From positions 1-44,844 of the forward strand of contig JBJXGF010000097.1 in assembly GCA_046153015.1 (NCBI GenBank): a stretch of 44,844 nt of DNA. Direction: 5' to 3'. Position 1 is the first letter of the stretch. Every line of letters begins with the position of its first letter. Below are positions 1 through 9,118 of the stretch, piece after piece. The position numbers and the translations under genes are program-made. The stretch comes from Acidimicrobiales bacterium. Its GTDB lineage: Bacteria; Actinomycetota; Acidimicrobiia; Acidimicrobiales; CAIXPF01. The notes below the pieces were generated by a model that worked only from the letters and a program-made list of their open reading frames with translations, searched no databases and was not told where the DNA came from.

Positions 1-16
1 GGGGGGCCTTAAACGG

Positions 17-49
17 CTCCGGCCGGGCCCTTGCGGGGCCCGGCCGGAG
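17..49 (-). terminator. GC-rich hairpin, probable intrinsic terminator downstream of the ADC-family pair
   Basis: Perfect 14-bp stem (17-30/36-49). Minus-strand loop is cGCAA, followed by CCGTTT, about 30 nt after the stop at 80. Confidence 0.7.
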
Positions 50-79
50 AGACCAGCGCGCTTCTGAAGCGGTGAGGGC

Positions 80-1096
80 TTAGACGCCCGGGGGCTTCGG
101 GAAGCGGTGACGCATCGTGTACTGGTACGGCGTGGCGAAGAGCAGGTCGCCGATGTCCTCAGCGGTCCGCTCGATCGTCTGCGTCCAGATGGTGTCCGCG
201 CCCGGGATGATGAGGTCGAAGTTGAAACTCATCAGGCCGATGAGCTCCTTCACGGGCATGAACGCGCCGAGGTTGTCGAACGGCGTCGCCGTGAGGGCCC
301 ACGAGCGGATCGCGCCGGCCGAGGCCGTGCGGATCGACTCGGGCTTGAGCTGGAAGCGGTGCTGACCCTCGGTCTCGGGACGGCCCATGGCCGCCGCCGT
401 CGCCTTGGTCACCTCGGACGGGAGGTAGGTGAGGTCCCACTTCGTCGTCGTGAGGCTCGGGTCGGTGATGAGCCGCAGGTTCATGCGCCCGTACTTCGGG
501 TCGCCGTAGAACAGGGGCTTCGCCGGAAGCTCGGCGTCGTCGTACCGGCCCGTCGCAGTGTGGATGAGGTACCCACGCCGCTCCATGGTGAAGTTGAAGT
601 AGTCGTTCCCGAAACCGCCGTAGCCATCGTCTTCCTTGCCACCGTGCTCCTGGGTGATGATGTAGGCGATCTTCTTCGGGAAACCGAAGGGCTCACGGCC
701 GGCGAACACGGCCGCGTCCTGCGTGAGGTACATGTACGGGTAGTACCCGCCGTAGTACGTGTTGCCGTCCTGGCCCTTGCAGCTGGCCGACACGGTCACG
801 CCCATCTCGCCATACGGGCCGAGACCGGTGTGAAGGTGGTCGACGTACCAGAACTCGACAACGTCGTCCTCGAGGTCGAGGCACTTCGGCAGGATGCGCC
901 GAAGGGCAGCCTCGTCGACCCGGTAGAAGAAGGCCGACCACCGCGAGTTGGTGTAGGTCAGCGGGACGATGTCGTAGTCGACGAGCGGGTCCGCGATGCC
1001 CTGCGAGATGATGTCGCGCTTGTCCCTGTCAAGGGCAAGCGGCGGCGCGTCACCGGAGTCGATCCACGGAACGCTCGTGACGTTCAGCTCCGCCAT
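80..1096 (-). CDS. Acetoacetate decarboxylase (ADC)-like superfamily protein, paralog 1
   Basis: ADC-fold motifs GPYGEMG and GREPFGFPKK (Schiff-base Lys motif). AAGGAGG RBS upstream. Confidence 0.8.
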   Translation of the reverse strand: MAELNVTSVPWIDSGDAPPLALDRDKRDIISQGIADPLVDYDIVPLTYTNSRWSAFFYRVDEAALRRILPKCLDLEDDVVEFWYVDHLHTGLGPYGEMGVTVSASCKGQDGNTYYGGYYPYMYLTQDAAVFAGREPFGFPKKIAYIITQEHGGKEDDGYGGFGNDYFNFTMERRGYLIHTATGRYDDAELPAKPLFYGDPKYGRMNLRLITDPSLTTTKWDLTYLPSEVTKATAAAMGRPETEGQHRFQLKPESIRTASAGAIRSWALTATPFDNLGAFMPVKELIGLMSFNFDLIIPGADTIWTQTIERTAEDIGDLLFATPYQYTMRHRFPKPPGV

Positions 1097-1126
1097 TTGT
1101 TAGTTCCTCCTTGGAATGACGTTCAC

Positions 1127-1168
1127 CGCGACGGGGGTCCTGCTGGTGTGCGGGGTGCCCCCGTCGCG
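1127..1168. other. Intergenic inverted repeat between the two ADC-like genes (possible mRNA stabilising or processing hairpin)
   Basis: CGCGACGGGGG (1127-1137) pairs perfectly with CCCCCGTCGCG (1158-1168). Confidence 0.45.
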
Positions 1169-1196
1169 CGTGACCACGATCTGATCCTGAACCGCT

Positions 1197-2222
1197 CTAG
1201 GCGCCGAGGCCGATGGGCTTCGGGAACCGGTGACGGAGGCCGAAGCGGTACGGCTTGGCCGCGCCCGCCCAGGTCGCGTCACGGGTGTAGGTCTCCCTCC
1301 AGGGGACCTCGCCCGCCGGAATGATCAGGTCGAAGCTGAAGGTCATCAGGCCGATCATCTCCTTGGGCGGAAGCTCGTGCCCAAGGTTGTCGTACGGGGT
1401 GGCCTGCATGAACCAGTTGATGCTCGCCGGGCTGGCGGTGCGGATCGACTCCGGCTTCACCTGGAAGCGGTGCGAACCCTCGGAGTCGGGGCGGCCCATG
1501 GCCGTCGCGAGGTCCTTGGTCACCAGCGAGGGGAGGTACACCAGCTGCCACTCGGAGTTCGAGAGGTCCGGAGCGGTGACGACCTTCATGTTCATCCGGC
1601 CGTACTCCGTGTTGCCGTAGAACTTCGGCTTGGCGGAGAGGTCGGCGTCGTCGTACTTGCCGGTGGCCGAGTGGAGCACGTACCCGTTACGGATCATGAG
1701 GAAGGACCAGTAGTCGAACTGGTAGTTCTTCCCGTCGTAGACACCGTAGCCGTCGTCAGGCGCCCCGCCGTGCTCGAGCACGCGGATGAAGGCTTCCTTC
1801 TTGGGGAAGCCGAGCACGCGACCGGCGTCGATCGCGGCGTCCTGGGTCAGGTACATGTACGGGTAGTACCCGGCGTAGAGCGTGCGACCGTCACCGGCCT
1901 TGTGGCTCGCGGCCACGGTGACGCCCATCTCGCCGTACGGGCCCAGCATGGTGTGGTTGTGGTCGACGTACCAGAACTCGACGATGTCGTCCTCGAGCTC
2001 CAGACAGTCGGGAAGGACGCGACGAAGCTGCTTCTCGTCGGCCCGGTAGAAAAACGCTGACCAACGGGAGTTGGTGTAAGTCAGCGGCAGAGTGTCGATG
2101 TCCCAGATCGGGTCGACCAGTGAATAAATAAACGCGGTCTTCTCGTCACGGTCGACGGGCGACGGCGGGATCTCCCCCGTCTCCGCGCCCGGGATCTGCG
2201 TCACGGCGAACTGCTCGGCCAT
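1197..2222 (-). CDS. Acetoacetate decarboxylase (ADC)-like superfamily protein, paralog 2
   Basis: Motifs GPYGEMG and GRVLGFPKK. Shares long identical blocks with 80-1096, e.g. PLTYTNSRWSAFFYR and YYPYMYLTQDAA. Confidence 0.8.
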   Translation of the reverse strand: MAEQFAVTQIPGAETGEIPPSPVDRDEKTAFIYSLVDPIWDIDTLPLTYTNSRWSAFFYRADEKQLRRVLPDCLELEDDIVEFWYVDHNHTMLGPYGEMGVTVAASHKAGDGRTLYAGYYPYMYLTQDAAIDAGRVLGFPKKEAFIRVLEHGGAPDDGYGVYDGKNYQFDYWSFLMIRNGYVLHSATGKYDDADLSAKPKFYGNTEYGRMNMKVVTAPDLSNSEWQLVYLPSLVTKDLATAMGRPDSEGSHRFQVKPESIRTASPASINWFMQATPYDNLGHELPPKEMIGLMTFSFDLIIPAGEVPWRETYTRDATWAGAAKPYRFGLRHRFPKPIGLGA

Positions 2223-2576
2223 AGACGGACTTCCCCCTTATTCGGAAAGGGCAGCTAACTGCACACGAACCGCCGGCCGCTGGGGATTGCCACCACACCC
2301 GATGGTGCGTGGGCGGGGCGAGGACCCTCACCGGCTGGCGATGGAAAGCAGCATATGTCACTTACCCCGGTCCGTCAACGCCTCCGGGCGCCTGCGGAGG
2401 GGGTGGGGGGGAGCGTCAGATCCCTTTTGTGGAGAGGGGTTGCGCATACCAGGACGGACTTCGTGCCGATGTTGACAACCTCGGTCGACGCTGAGGTAGG
2501 GTCGCGCCGATTCGAGCCATCCGAGGGCGTTTTGGGGAGGCTTGGTCAGTCTGTCGGACGACAAGGGGGCGAGGAC

Positions 2577-3689
2577 GTGAGACGACGCTCGTGGGGCTGG
2601 CGCCTGGCGGTGATCACCGCCGGTGTGGCGCTGGCGTTGGGGCTTGCGGCGTGTGGCGATGACGACGATGACGCGGCAAGCAGCACGGCCGCCGACTCGT
2701 CCGGCGCGACCACACTCGATGTGGCCTACGTGACCACTCAGCAGCACCCGTACGGCATCGCGATCGACGCCTTCGCCAAGGAGGTCAACGCGGGCGGTGA
2801 GCTCACGATCGTGCCGCAGGCGGCCTATCCCCAGAGCGAGATCCAGCTCCTGGCGGACGTCCGCAGCGGGGTGGTCCCGATGGCGACCATCTCGAGCGCG
2901 ATCTGGGACACGGCCGGCGTCACCGCCTTCCAGGCCCTGCAGGTGCCGTTCCTGATCACCAACTACCCGCTGGCCCAGGCCGTCGAGGGCGGCCCGATCG
3001 GCCAGTCCATGCTGGAGTCGGCCAACACCGAGGCCGGGGACGTGGTGGCGCTGGCGATCCACGAGGGCGGGCTGCGCAAGCCCCTGGGCAAGGAGCCCCT
3101 GGCGAGCGTCGCCGACTTCACGGGCAAGACGATCCGCGCGCCCCAGTCGCAGGTGCTGTCCGAGGGCTTCAAGGCGGTCGGCGCGAACGTCGAGCCGCTG
3201 CCGCTGCCCGAGGTCTACCAGGCCCTCCAGAACGGGACCGTGGACGGGGTCGAGGCCAACCTGCCGCTGATCTACACCCAGAAGTGGTACGAGCAGGCCA
3301 AGTTCGTCACCGGCAACATCAACTTCTGGCCCTTCCCGACCGTGCTCGTGGTCAACAAGGCGGTCTACGACGGCCTGACCGCCGAGCAGCAGACCGCGTT
3401 GACCGACGCGGCGGCGAACATCACCGACACGTCGATCAAGATCTTCACCACCCCGGGCAGCACCGTCGCCCAGGACCTCGTGAACTGCGGGATCAAGTAC
3501 GTGACCGCCACCCAGGCCGACATCACGGCGCTGACCAACGCGTCGGCGAGCGCGGTGAGCGCCCTGGCTCCCGAGAGCCAGGACTACGCCAAGCAGATCC
3601 AGGCCGAGAAGGAGTCCCTCGGGCCGCCGGCCGCACCGCCGCCGCTGCCCACGACCTCGACCGGGGAGTGCAAGCCGCCGGCCGGATAG
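2577..3689 (+). CDS. dctP: TRAP transporter substrate-binding lipoprotein (DctP family)
   Basis: GTG start, then an Arg-rich N-terminus, hydrophobic stretch and lipobox LAAC. DctP motifs GKTIRAP and EVYQALQNGTVDG. Confidence 0.85.
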   Translation: MRRRSWGWRLAVITAGVALALGLAACGDDDDDAASSTAADSSGATTLDVAYVTTQQHPYGIAIDAFAKEVNAGGELTIVPQAAYPQSEIQLLADVRSGVVPMATISSAIWDTAGVTAFQALQVPFLITNYPLAQAVEGGPIGQSMLESANTEAGDVVALAIHEGGLRKPLGKEPLASVADFTGKTIRAPQSQVLSEGFKAVGANVEPLPLPEVYQALQNGTVDGVEANLPLIYTQKWYEQAKFVTGNINFWPFPTVLVVNKAVYDGLTAEQQTALTDAAANITDTSIKIFTTPGSTVAQDLVNCGIKYVTATQADITALTNASASAVSALAPESQDYAKQIQAEKESLGPPAAPPPLPTTSTGECKPPAG

Positions 3690-3738
3690 GCTCGCGCCGA
3701 GCGGGTCGCATGGACGCGGACTGAGACAGGAAGCGACC

Positions 3739-3766
3739 CGGCCCGGCCCCTCCGGGGGCCGGGCCG
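3739..3766 (+). terminator. Hairpin between dctP and the permease gene (terminator or mRNA stabiliser)
   Basis: CGGCCCGGCCCC-TCCG-GGGGCCGGGCCG, a perfect 12-bp stem. Confidence 0.55.
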
Positions 3767-3800
3767 CTCTCTGGCGGAGGCTCCTCCTGAGACACGAGTC

Positions 3801-5786
3801 GTGAGCGCCACCGCCGGGCCGGCCGCGGAGCCGGTCGCGCACCGGCCGGAGCGCGTCACGGCCCGGGCGCTGGCGGTCGCCGCGCGGTGGGTCGAGGTCT
3901 ACTCGCAGGCGGCGGTCGGCATCGCGCGCGTCGGCACGGCGCTGGCGGTCGCGCTGGCGATCCTGGCGATGGCGGGCAACGTGTTCACCCGCAACGTGCT
4001 CGGCTACTCGCTCCTCGGTTCCGAGGAGCTGGCCCGCTTCGCCTTCCTGTGGTCGATCTGGCTGGGGGTGTCGCTGGCGGTCAAGCGCGGGGCGGTGACC
4101 GTCATCACCTTCGTCGCCAACGCCGGGCCGGGGTGGTGGCAGCGTGCGGTGCGCACCTTCTCGGGGGTGAGCCTGGCCATCCTCCTGCTGTACGCCTGCG
4201 TGCGCTCGACCGAGTTCGCGACCGGCCAGTTCGCCAACCAGGGCTCGTCGGCGTTGCTCACGGTGCCGTGGTTCTACCCGGTCGTCTCGATGACCGTGGG
4301 CTACTACTTCATCACCCTGCACTACCTGTCGGCGGTCCTCGCCGGTGCCGTCGGGCTGGCCGACCAGGGGCGCCAGGGGGTGCGCGCCGCGCTGGCCGCC
4401 GCGGCCGGGGCGCTCGTGATCGGGGTGGCCGTCTGGGGGGCCGCCGCCGGGCTGCTCGCGATCGGGGCGTCCGAGCTGGTCGCCCTCGGGGTGATCTTCG
4501 TGGCCCTCACCCTGGCCGGCACGCCGGTCGTCTTCATGCTCTCGATCGTCGGCATCATCGCCTTCCTGCCGAGCTTCCTCGGGCTCAGCTTCTACCCGCG
4601 CCCGGATCCGTTGGTGCCCTTCTCGACGACCCAGTCGACGATGGGGCTGACCGGCGGTGGCGAGCTGCTGGTGATCCTGATGTTCCTGGTCACGGCCGAG
4701 GTGATGAACGCGAGCGGCATGTCGCTGCGCCTGATCGGCTTCGCCGCATCCCTGGTGGGCCATCTGCGCGGGGGGATGGCCTACGTCTGCCAGCTGACCT
4801 CGGCGGTCGTGTCGGGCATCTCGGGATCCGCCCAGGCCGACGCGGCGATCATGACCCCGCTGCTCGTCCCCGCCATGGAGCGCGAGGGATACCCGCGCGA
4901 TGTGGCTGCCGCCGTGGTCGCGGGGGCCTCGATCAAGGGCCCGATCGGACCCCTGTCGGTGATGTTCATCGTCTACGGCTCCCTGGGCACCGGCGCCTCG
5001 ACCGCGGCTCTCCTGCTGTCGGGGGTGATGGCCGAGCTGCTGCTGTTGATCTTCCAGGCCGCCACGGTCTACGTGGTGGTGCGGCGGATGGACTTCCTCA
5101 CCAAACGCCCCTTCGCCGGCGCGGCGGTGGTCGCGCGCACGGGGCTGGCGGCGCTGCCGGTGCTCGCGATCCCCGTGATCATCCTGGGGGGCATCTTCAG
5201 CGGTGTCTTCACCCCGACCGAGTCGGCGTCGATCGCGTCGGTCGTGGCGGTCGTCCTGGCGCTCTTCTGGTTCGCCAGCGTGGCCCCGCGGGAGCTGCCG
5301 GGCATCCTCGTGCTCGCCGGCCTCGAGACCGGCATCGTGATGCTGCTGCTGGGCGACTCGGCGATCCTCGCCAAGGCGCTCTACCTCGACCGCTTCGGCG
5401 AGACGCTGTCGGAGTTCTTCACCAGCGTCACCGACAACAAGTACGTCTTCCTGCTGCTCGTGAACGTGATCCTGCTGGCGGTGGGGATCTTCGTCGAGCC
5501 GCTGCCGGCGCTCTACATCCTGGCGCCGATCATGGCCCCGATCGCGATCGCCTACGGCGTCGACCCGGTCCACTTCGGGCTGATCATGGTCTTCAACCTG
5601 GTGCTCGCCCTGATCCACCCGCCCATCGGCCTGGTGATCTTCCTGGTGTCGAGCCTCGCCAAGGTCTCGGTGGAGCGATTGTCCATCATGATCCTGCCCT
5701 GGCTGGCGGTCAGCCTGGTGGTCCTCTTCCTGGTCACCTACCTCCCGAGTGAGGTCGTCCTGGCCCTCTCGAACCGGCTCGACTGA
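3801..5786 (+). CDS. dctM: Fused TRAP permease DctQ-DctM
   Basis: N-terminal DctQ motif SEELARFAFLW. C-terminal DctM motifs SGISGSAQADAA, GVFTPTES, GVDPVHFG and HPPIG. Confidence 0.88.
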   Translation: MSATAGPAAEPVAHRPERVTARALAVAARWVEVYSQAAVGIARVGTALAVALAILAMAGNVFTRNVLGYSLLGSEELARFAFLWSIWLGVSLAVKRGAVTVITFVANAGPGWWQRAVRTFSGVSLAILLLYACVRSTEFATGQFANQGSSALLTVPWFYPVVSMTVGYYFITLHYLSAVLAGAVGLADQGRQGVRAALAAAAGALVIGVAVWGAAAGLLAIGASELVALGVIFVALTLAGTPVVFMLSIVGIIAFLPSFLGLSFYPRPDPLVPFSTTQSTMGLTGGGELLVILMFLVTAEVMNASGMSLRLIGFAASLVGHLRGGMAYVCQLTSAVVSGISGSAQADAAIMTPLLVPAMEREGYPRDVAAAVVAGASIKGPIGPLSVMFIVYGSLGTGASTAALLLSGVMAELLLLIFQAATVYVVVRRMDFLTKRPFAGAAVVARTGLAALPVLAIPVIILGGIFSGVFTPTESASIASVVAVVLALFWFASVAPRELPGILVLAGLETGIVMLLLGDSAILAKALYLDRFGETLSEFFTSVTDNKYVFLLLVNVILLAVGIFVEPLPALYILAPIMAPIAIAYGVDPVHFGLIMVFNLVLALIHPPIGLVIFLVSSLAKVSVERLSIMILPWLAVSLVVLFLVTYLPSEVVLALSNRLD

Positions 5787-6682
5787 GATCGGCCAATGCC
5801 CTCGGCGCCGCCGCCATGCTCTGCTGGGGGGTGGCCTATGTGCCCTCGGCCTGGCTGGTCGAGTCGTGGCCGCCGCTCCTGGCCGCCGGCGCGCGCCTCA
5901 TGCTCGGCGGCGTTCTCCTGCTGGCCGTGCTGGCGATCCTCGGCCGGCCGCTCTCGCCCGGGGTCGGGGTCGCGGCGGTCGGCTGGCTGGCCCTCACCCA
6001 GACCGTCCTCTTCTACGGCGCGGTCTTCTGGGGGATCGCCCACGCCGGGACGGGCCTGTCGGCGGTGCTCGCCAACACCGACCCGCTCTTCGTCGCGGTG
6101 CTGGCGGTGGCCTTCCTCGGCGAGCGCCTGGGCGGCCTGCAGTGGGTGGGCCTGGCGCTCGGCCTCGCGGGCGCGGCGGTGGTGGTCTGGGAGGGGCCGC
6201 TCTGGCCGCCCCAGGTGTCGGCCGACGCCCTCGTGGTGCTCGGTGGCGCGGTCGCCTGGAGCATCGGCACCGTGGTCGCCGCGCGCGGGATCCGCGGGCG
6301 AGGCGCGGCGCTCGCCCTGGCCGGCTGGCAGATGACCGCCGGGGGAGCGGTGCTGATGATCGCCGGCGTGGTGGGGGAGGGGGACCCGTCGAGCACCGGC
6401 GCGCGCGAGATCGCGCTGGTCGTGGCCCTGGCGGTCGTCGGCTCGGCGGCGCCGCTCGCGCTCTTCTACCTGGCCCTGGCCGCCGCGCCGGCCGCCGAGG
6501 TGTCGGCGTGGTTCTGCCTGGTCCCGGTGGTCGGTGTGCTGACCGCCTGGCCGCTCCTGGACGAGACCCCGAGCGTGCGCCTGGTGGTGGGGATGGCGGG
6601 CGCGTCGGCCGGGCTGTGGCTGGTGCTCGGCCCGCGGGCCGCCGCGCGGGGGCGGTTGGTAGACTCGCCATCGCCGCCGTGA
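5783..6682 (+). CDS. DMT/EamA family transporter (start CTG 5783 or ATG 5816)
   Basis: About ten hydrophobic segments with EamA motifs (LANTDPLFVAVLA..FLGERL; WPLLDE). The CTG overlapping the upstream TGA restores TM1. Confidence 0.8.
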   Translation: MRSANALGAAAMLCWGVAYVPSAWLVESWPPLLAAGARLMLGGVLLLAVLAILGRPLSPGVGVAAVGWLALTQTVLFYGAVFWGIAHAGTGLSAVLANTDPLFVAVLAVAFLGERLGGLQWVGLALGLAGAAVVVWEGPLWPPQVSADALVVLGGAVAWSIGTVVAARGIRGRGAALALAGWQMTAGGAVLMIAGVVGEGDPSSTGAREIALVVALAVVGSAAPLALFYLALAAAPAAEVSAWFCLVPVVGVLTAWPLLDETPSVRLVVGMAGASAGLWLVLGPRAAARGRLVDSPSPP

Positions 6683-6707
6683 GCATCCCCGCGCCCGACC
6701 GCCGCCC

Positions 6708-7631
6708 GTGATCCTTGCTCTGTCGGGTGGAACCGGTGGCTCCAAGATGGTCGACGGCCTGGCCCAGGTCGCCGGCCAGGCCGCGCTCACGGCCGTCGTC
6801 AACACGGGCGACGACGGCGACTTCTACGGCCTGCGGGTCTGCCCGGACCTCGACATCTGCACCTATGTCCTCGCCGGGGTCGTGTCCGAGCGCGGCTGGG
6901 GCTACGCCGATGACACCTTCCGCTGCCTGGAGGGCCTCGCCACCTACGGCCAGGACTCCTGGTTCGGCCTCGGCGACCGGGACCTGGCGACCCACATCCA
7001 CCGCACCATCCGCCTCGGCGAGGGTGCGCGCCTCAGCGAGGTGACGGCCGAGATCTGCGCGCGGCTGGGCGTCGCGGCCACGCTCCTGCCGATGACCGAC
7101 GACCCGGTGCGCAGCCGGATCACCACCCCCGCCGGGACGCGCACCTTCCAGGAGTACCTGGTCAAGCACGGCGCCGCCGAGGCGATCGAGAGCATCGAGT
7201 TCGTCGGCATCGCCGACTCCCGCCCGGCGCCGGGGGTGCTCGAGGCGCTCGCGGCGGCGGAGCGGATCGTCATCTGCCCCTCGAGCCCGGTGGTCTCGAT
7301 CGGGACCATCCTCGCGATCCCCGGCGTGCGCGCCGCGCTGGCCGCGCGCCGCGAGGACTGCGTGGCCGTCAGCCCGATCATCGGCGGGCGCCCGGTCGAG
7401 GGCCCGGCCGACCGCTTCCTCGCCGGCGCCGGCTACCCCGAGTGCTCGGCGACCCAGATGGCCCGCATCTACGCCGACGTCGCGGCCGTCTTCGTCCTCG
7501 ACGCGCGCGATGCGGCCGAGGCCGAGGCGATCCGGGCGCTCGGTGTGTGCCCGGTGCTCACCGACGCCCTGATGCCCGACCGGGCGGCCCGGGCCCGCCT
7601 GGCGGCGACGGCGCTCGAGGCGCTCGGGTGA
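6708..7631 (+). CDS. cofD: 2-phospho-L-lactate/PEP transferase CofD (FbiA)
   Basis: LSGGTGGSK, VNTGDD, CPDLD, WFGLGDRDLATH, PMTDD, FQEY, VSPIIGG..VEGPA. Confidence 0.93.
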   Translation: MILALSGGTGGSKMVDGLAQVAGQAALTAVVNTGDDGDFYGLRVCPDLDICTYVLAGVVSERGWGYADDTFRCLEGLATYGQDSWFGLGDRDLATHIHRTIRLGEGARLSEVTAEICARLGVAATLLPMTDDPVRSRITTPAGTRTFQEYLVKHGAAEAIESIEFVGIADSRPAPGVLEALAAAERIVICPSSPVVSIGTILAIPGVRAALAARREDCVAVSPIIGGRPVEGPADRFLAGAGYPECSATQMARIYADVAAVFVLDARDAAEAEAIRALGVCPVLTDALMPDRAARARLAATALEALG

Positions 7632-8311
7632 GCCCGCCCACGACCTGGGCGGTGATCCCGGTCAAGCCCCTGCGCGGCGCCCTGCGCCGGCTGACCCCGG
7701 CGCTCGAGGCGCCGGTGCGGCGCGAGCTGCAGGTGGCGATGCTGACCGACGTCCTCGGCGCCTGCGCCGGCGCGCCCGGGCTCGCCGGCGTGATGGTGGT
7801 CACCTCCGATCCCGAGGCGCGCGAGATGGCCGAGCGGATCGCCGGCGCGCGGGTGGTGCCCGACCACGATCCGCCGCGGGGCATGAACGCCGCCGTCGTC
7901 CGCGGCCTGGTGGCGGTCGCGGCGGCGCGTGCCGAGGCCGCCCTGGTGCTGACGGCCGACCTGCCGCTCGCCCGGCCCGAGGACATCGCGCAGATCCTGG
8001 CCGTCGCCCCGTCGGGCCCCTCGGCGGTGCTCGTCCCCTCCTGGGACGGGACCGGCACCAACGCCATGCTGCTCCAGCCCCCGGCGGCCCTCTCGCCCTG
8101 CCTGGGGCCCGACTCGCTCGCCCGCCACCGCGCCCAGGCGCAGGGGCGCGGCGTCACCGTTGTGCTCGAGCAGCTGCCGCGCCTGGCCCTCGACATCGAC
8201 ACCCCGCGCGATCTGTCCGCGCTGATGGCGGGCGGGGGCACGGGCGCGACGCTCGAGGCCTGCGCGCGGCTCGCGATGGCCGAGCTGCTCGAGGCCGGGA
8301 GCGCCCTCTGA
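7628..8311 (+). CDS. cofC: 2-phospho-L-lactate/PEP guanylyltransferase CofC (FbiD)
   Basis: GTGA overlap with the cofD stop. Motifs VIPVK, AMLTDVL, ADLP, DGTGTNA, DIDTPRDL. Confidence 0.9.
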   Translation: MSPPTTWAVIPVKPLRGALRRLTPALEAPVRRELQVAMLTDVLGACAGAPGLAGVMVVTSDPEAREMAERIAGARVVPDHDPPRGMNAAVVRGLVAVAAARAEAALVLTADLPLARPEDIAQILAVAPSGPSAVLVPSWDGTGTNAMLLQPPAALSPCLGPDSLARHRAQAQGRGVTVVLEQLPRLALDIDTPRDLSALMAGGGTGATLEACARLAMAELLEAGSAL

Positions 8312-9045
8312 GGCTCTGGCCCCTGTCGGCCCTGCCCGAGGTGCGCCCCGGTGACGACCTCGCCGGGATGCTCGCCTCCCGGGCGGCGGCGGAGGGGGTC
8401 GTCCCCGGCGACGTGGTGATGGTCGCCCAGAAGGTCGTGAGCAAGGCCGAGGGGCGCCTGGTCGTGCTGTCGCAGGTGGACGTCGGCCCGGCGGCCCGCG
8501 CCCTGGCCGACGAGACCGGAAAGGACCCCGCTCTCTGCGCGCTGATCCTCTCCGAGAGCCGGCGGATCGTGCGCCGGCGCGGCGCGACGGTCATCTGCGA
8601 GACCCACCACGGCTTCGTCTGCGCCAACGCCGGCATCGACTCCTCGAACGTCGCCGACGGATCGGTCGTCCTGCTGCCGGTCGATCCCGATGCCTCGGCA
8701 CGCCGGCTGCAGGCGCGGATGGCCGCCGCGGTCGGCGGGCGCGTGGGCGTGGTCGTCACCGACACCCACGGCCGGGCCTTCCGGCGCGGCCTGGTCAACG
8801 TGGCGATCGGGGTGGCGGGCTTTCGCCCGATCATCGACCACCGCGGCGAGCTCGACCGCTCCGGGCGGGTGCTCGTGGCCACCGACCAGGCGCTCGCCGA
8901 TGAGCTGGCGGCGGCGGCCGGCATCTACCTGGACAAGGCCTCGGGTACGCCCGCGGTGGTCGCCTCGGGGGTGGAGACCCCGACGGCGCCCGGGGGGGCG
9001 TGGGAGCTGGTGCGCGACCCGGAGCATGACCTCTTCCGCACTTGA
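8308..9045 (+). CDS. cofE: Coenzyme F420:L-glutamate ligase CofE, single domain (probable CTG start)
   Basis: LPEVRPGDDL, KVVSKAEGR, ANAGIDSSN, DTHGRAFRRG, ADELAAAA. The conserved N-terminus needs a start upstream of 8341; CTG 8308 overlaps the cofC TGA and has GGGAG upstream. Confidence 0.9.
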   Translation: MRLWPLSALPEVRPGDDLAGMLASRAAAEGVVPGDVVMVAQKVVSKAEGRLVVLSQVDVGPAARALADETGKDPALCALILSESRRIVRRRGATVICETHHGFVCANAGIDSSNVADGSVVLLPVDPDASARRLQARMAAAVGGRVGVVVTDTHGRAFRRGLVNVAIGVAGFRPIIDHRGELDRSGRVLVATDQALADELAAAAGIYLDKASGTPAVVASGVETPTAPGGAWELVRDPEHDLFRT

Positions 9046-9118
9046 GGCCGGCCTCTGGCGGGCGCCCGGGCGCCCGCCTAAGCTGCGCGCTCCACGAGCG
9101 CCGATGATCGGGAGGACG

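Noticed and set aside
1127-1140. Stray iteron copy (GCGACGGGGGT) between the ADC genes
   Set aside because: It lacks the CTCGC half-site and is explained as one arm of a local hairpin.
2223-2576. Riboswitch or ncRNA in the long adc/dctP intergenic region
   Set aside because: I see no conserved aptamer I can recognise. Divergent promoters suffice to explain it, and an Rfam scan would be needed.
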